Origin: Eledone cirrhosa
Lineage: Eukaryota
Length of the DNA: 64,000 bases
NCBI GenBank assembly: GCA_964016885.1
Contig: OZ024743.1
Location: 59,520,001 to 59,584,000, forward strand
Direction of reading: 5' to 3'
The notes under the pieces were generated by a model. That model was not told the origin of the DNA. It saw only the letters and a program-made list of their open reading frames with translations, and did no database searches. Shown piece after piece: positions 61,640-64,000 of the stretch (position 1 is the stretch's first letter; every line of letters starts with the position of its first letter). The translations under genes were made by a program, and so were the position numbers.

Positions 61640-62236
61640 TATAGACACAGAGCAGAGACCCAGCCTGAAGTTTCTGGTAAACCTGGAGAAAACCCAATCA
61701 GAATCACTCGCAAAATTGATGCATATGTATGGAGATGTGAAGAAGCAGCGCTCACGGAGTTTCGAATGGCACAAAATATGGAAGAAGACCCCAGTAGCGG
61801 AGGTCCTCCCATGAGCAGTACTGAAGCAAATTTTGAACGCGTGAGGCATATGGTTCGTGGCTCAATTCAGATGAAAGTTCAACAGATCGCAGATTAGCTG
61901 GGTATATGAACGGTCACAGCGCTGGGAAGATCATCAAGAGAGTTTGGGGCATGCGGAAGATCTGCACGAAGATAGTGCCAAAGCTACTGAACTATGAACA
62001 GGAGCAGTGCATGCAGAGATATCTGGAAGTCCTCGAGCGTCTTGAAACCGAAAGAGACTTGCTGGGAAGATACATCACCAAGATCACAAGTCCGACCCGT
62101 CTTCCGGACCTGGAAGCCACAAAAAAGGCCATGCTGGTGGAGCAGTGGAGAATCACGGGAGAATCCTTCCAGGAGTGAATGAAGGCGTGGCGTAGAAGGG
62201 TGGGAAACTTCGTCAGACTTGTGCAGCAATATTTTG
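61640..62236 (+). pseudogene. Internally deleted mariner transposase remnant
   Basis: EQRPSLKFLVNLEKT...MYGD...FEWHK (HTH), EDPSSGGPPMS, GMRKICTKIVPKLL (WVPxxL-like), then C-terminal ESFQE..KAWRRR. The DD34D core is missing. Confidence 0.8.
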
Positions 62237-62548
62237 ATATTAACCCGCTAATATAATGTTTGTTTGTAAATATATGCTCCTGTGTGTGAGTAGTGAAACG
62301 AACTTGTCGATTTGACGTGGATAGTGACACCTGATTCAATCAATAGAATAACCATAAATATACACATACATATACTACCATATACCCAAGGATAGTCTAC
62401 AATTTCCTATTGAAAATTTCAATGAAATAACCCTATACACATAGATATACAATTATATAAAAACCAATAGAAATTATAAGCCACTTGCCATCACAAATTT
62501 AACCATAAATATGCATAGATGCACATAGGGACACTCAGGTAGACAAAC

Positions 62549-62600
<52 letters not shown>

Positions 62601-63312
62601 ATACTTTGGGAGGGTCATGTTGCCAATAATATATATATATTTATATATATATATAATTGGAGGCTTAGTAAAATCGAATCTTTGGCGGCAAATTCGACCT
62701 ACGATATGAATGAGTTAGCAAAGCACTCGACAAGGTAGGTCCTTAGAGTAATAACATAGGTTTATTTAGCTTGACAAATTGAACATTGTGGCAGGCAAAA
62801 TCTAACACACATTACCAAAGCAACGAAAGAACTAACAGGTTCAAAAAATAAACCTGGACAAATCAAATGTTATACGTTTAAAGTGTTTCTATGAATCCGA
62901 AATCAAATATCAGACTTACGTAACTGGCAAGCTGGTGGTATTCATGATCGAACAGAGGACTCATTTCATCAACAAGATTTTCGTTCTACCAAAGAACGGG
63001 GCGAAACACTGAATGGTGCCGCTAACAACGGCGATTCGAACATTCAGTTGTCACGTGTTATATCCAACAAGGTAAATAACCCTCGGTTTTTCGGCGGGTC
63101 ATTCAAAGTCTTAGACAAAGGAAATATTATAATTACAGGGGTGGGGGAACTGATGACACAGAGGCCCGATGGGCTGCATCGGGATAGGCGAAAGGGGAAA
63201 ATCAGACGAGGAAGAAAATAGGGGGTGGAAAGAAGTGATAGGATGAGACAGGGAGAAGAAGAAGACAAAGAGGAAAAAGAAAAGAGATACATCTGCCGTC
63301 GTGGTCATACTT

Positions 63313-64000
63313 TTTCCTATTTCCCAATCTACTACCCTAAGTATTGAGTACTATGGTGCGTTATGGTCCATCTGGTTCCTTGCCACAATTCCTTTGTTAT
63401 ATATATTTATATATATATATATATATATAAATATAACGAAGGAAATGTGTTAAGGAACCAGATGGACCATAACGCACCAAAGTACTCAATACTTAGGGTA
63501 GTAGAGTGGGTAATTAGGAACGAGTAGGACCCCGACGGCTGAGCTCAAGCCGTTTCAACGGCTAATTCTGTACGTAGAATTAGTCCAGAATTAGCCGTCG
63601 AAACGGCTTGAGCTCAGCCGTCGGGGTCCTACTCTCCTATATATAAATATATATATATATATATACGATATATTAACAGATGGAAACTATATTTAGAAAA
63701 CCCTATTTATTTCATTATACATATTTCAAGGACACCAAGTTAAATTATGGCGTGCTTTCATCAGATAAAATATAATATAGATCAGTTTTATAAATAAATA
63801 TTGACATACCCTTAAAGAATGCGACCATTTCTGTTGGAAGCTCCCGGATATATATATATATATATATATATAACGAAGGAAATGTGGTACGGAACCAGGT
63901 GGACCATAACGCACCAAACTACTCAATACTTAGGGGAGTAGAGTGGTTAATAGGAACGAGTAGGACCCTGACGGCTGAGCTCAAGCCGTTTCGACGGCTA
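63313..64000. mobile_element. Cluster of PLE pLTR terminal fragments in inverted arrangements
   Basis: 63313-63399 is inverted at 63434-63520; 63522-63570 is inverted at 63586-63634; another copy at 63871-64000. Contains the 3' half of an HHR (GAAACGGCTTGAGCTCAGCCGTC). Confidence 0.75.
63708..63772 (-). ncRNA. Type I hammerhead ribozyme
   Basis: TATTTTAT-CTGATGA-AAG C ACGCCA taatttaact TGGTGT C CTT-GAAA-TATGTATA/ATGAAATA. Confidence 0.78.

Noticed and set aside
62955-63060. Structured segment GAAACACTGAATG...CATTCAGTTGTC resembling the 3' half of a hammerhead
   Set aside because: No convincing CUGANGA core with a matching stem I upstream.

Overview
AT-rich eukaryotic DNA made up mostly of repeats. 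The SINE, RTE and (TA)n content suggests a cephalopod such as Octopus (inference). No intact host protein-coding gene is evident, and most long ORFs in the track are (TA)n/(TATG)n artefacts. The window holds several Penelope-like elements (PLEs; RT plus GIY-YIG) with inverted pseudo-LTRs, two 5'-truncated RTE-type LINEs (one with a PHD finger inside its RT), fossil CR1-like and mariner pieces, young tRNA-derived SINEs with target-site duplications (TSDs), foldback elements and a 200-N gap. The main signal is non-coding: about 15 type I hammerhead ribozyme (HHR) motifs, nearly all in units inserted in (TA)n tracts. Two ORF-less units look like retrozymes (circular-RNA-type retroelements): a 486-nt tandem array at 28949-30747 and a 691-nt terminally redundant unit at 44691-45530. 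Their HHRs are unrelated in sequence but share an enlarged stem II and the same 5-bp pseudoknot. All structures were folded by eye and none is tested.
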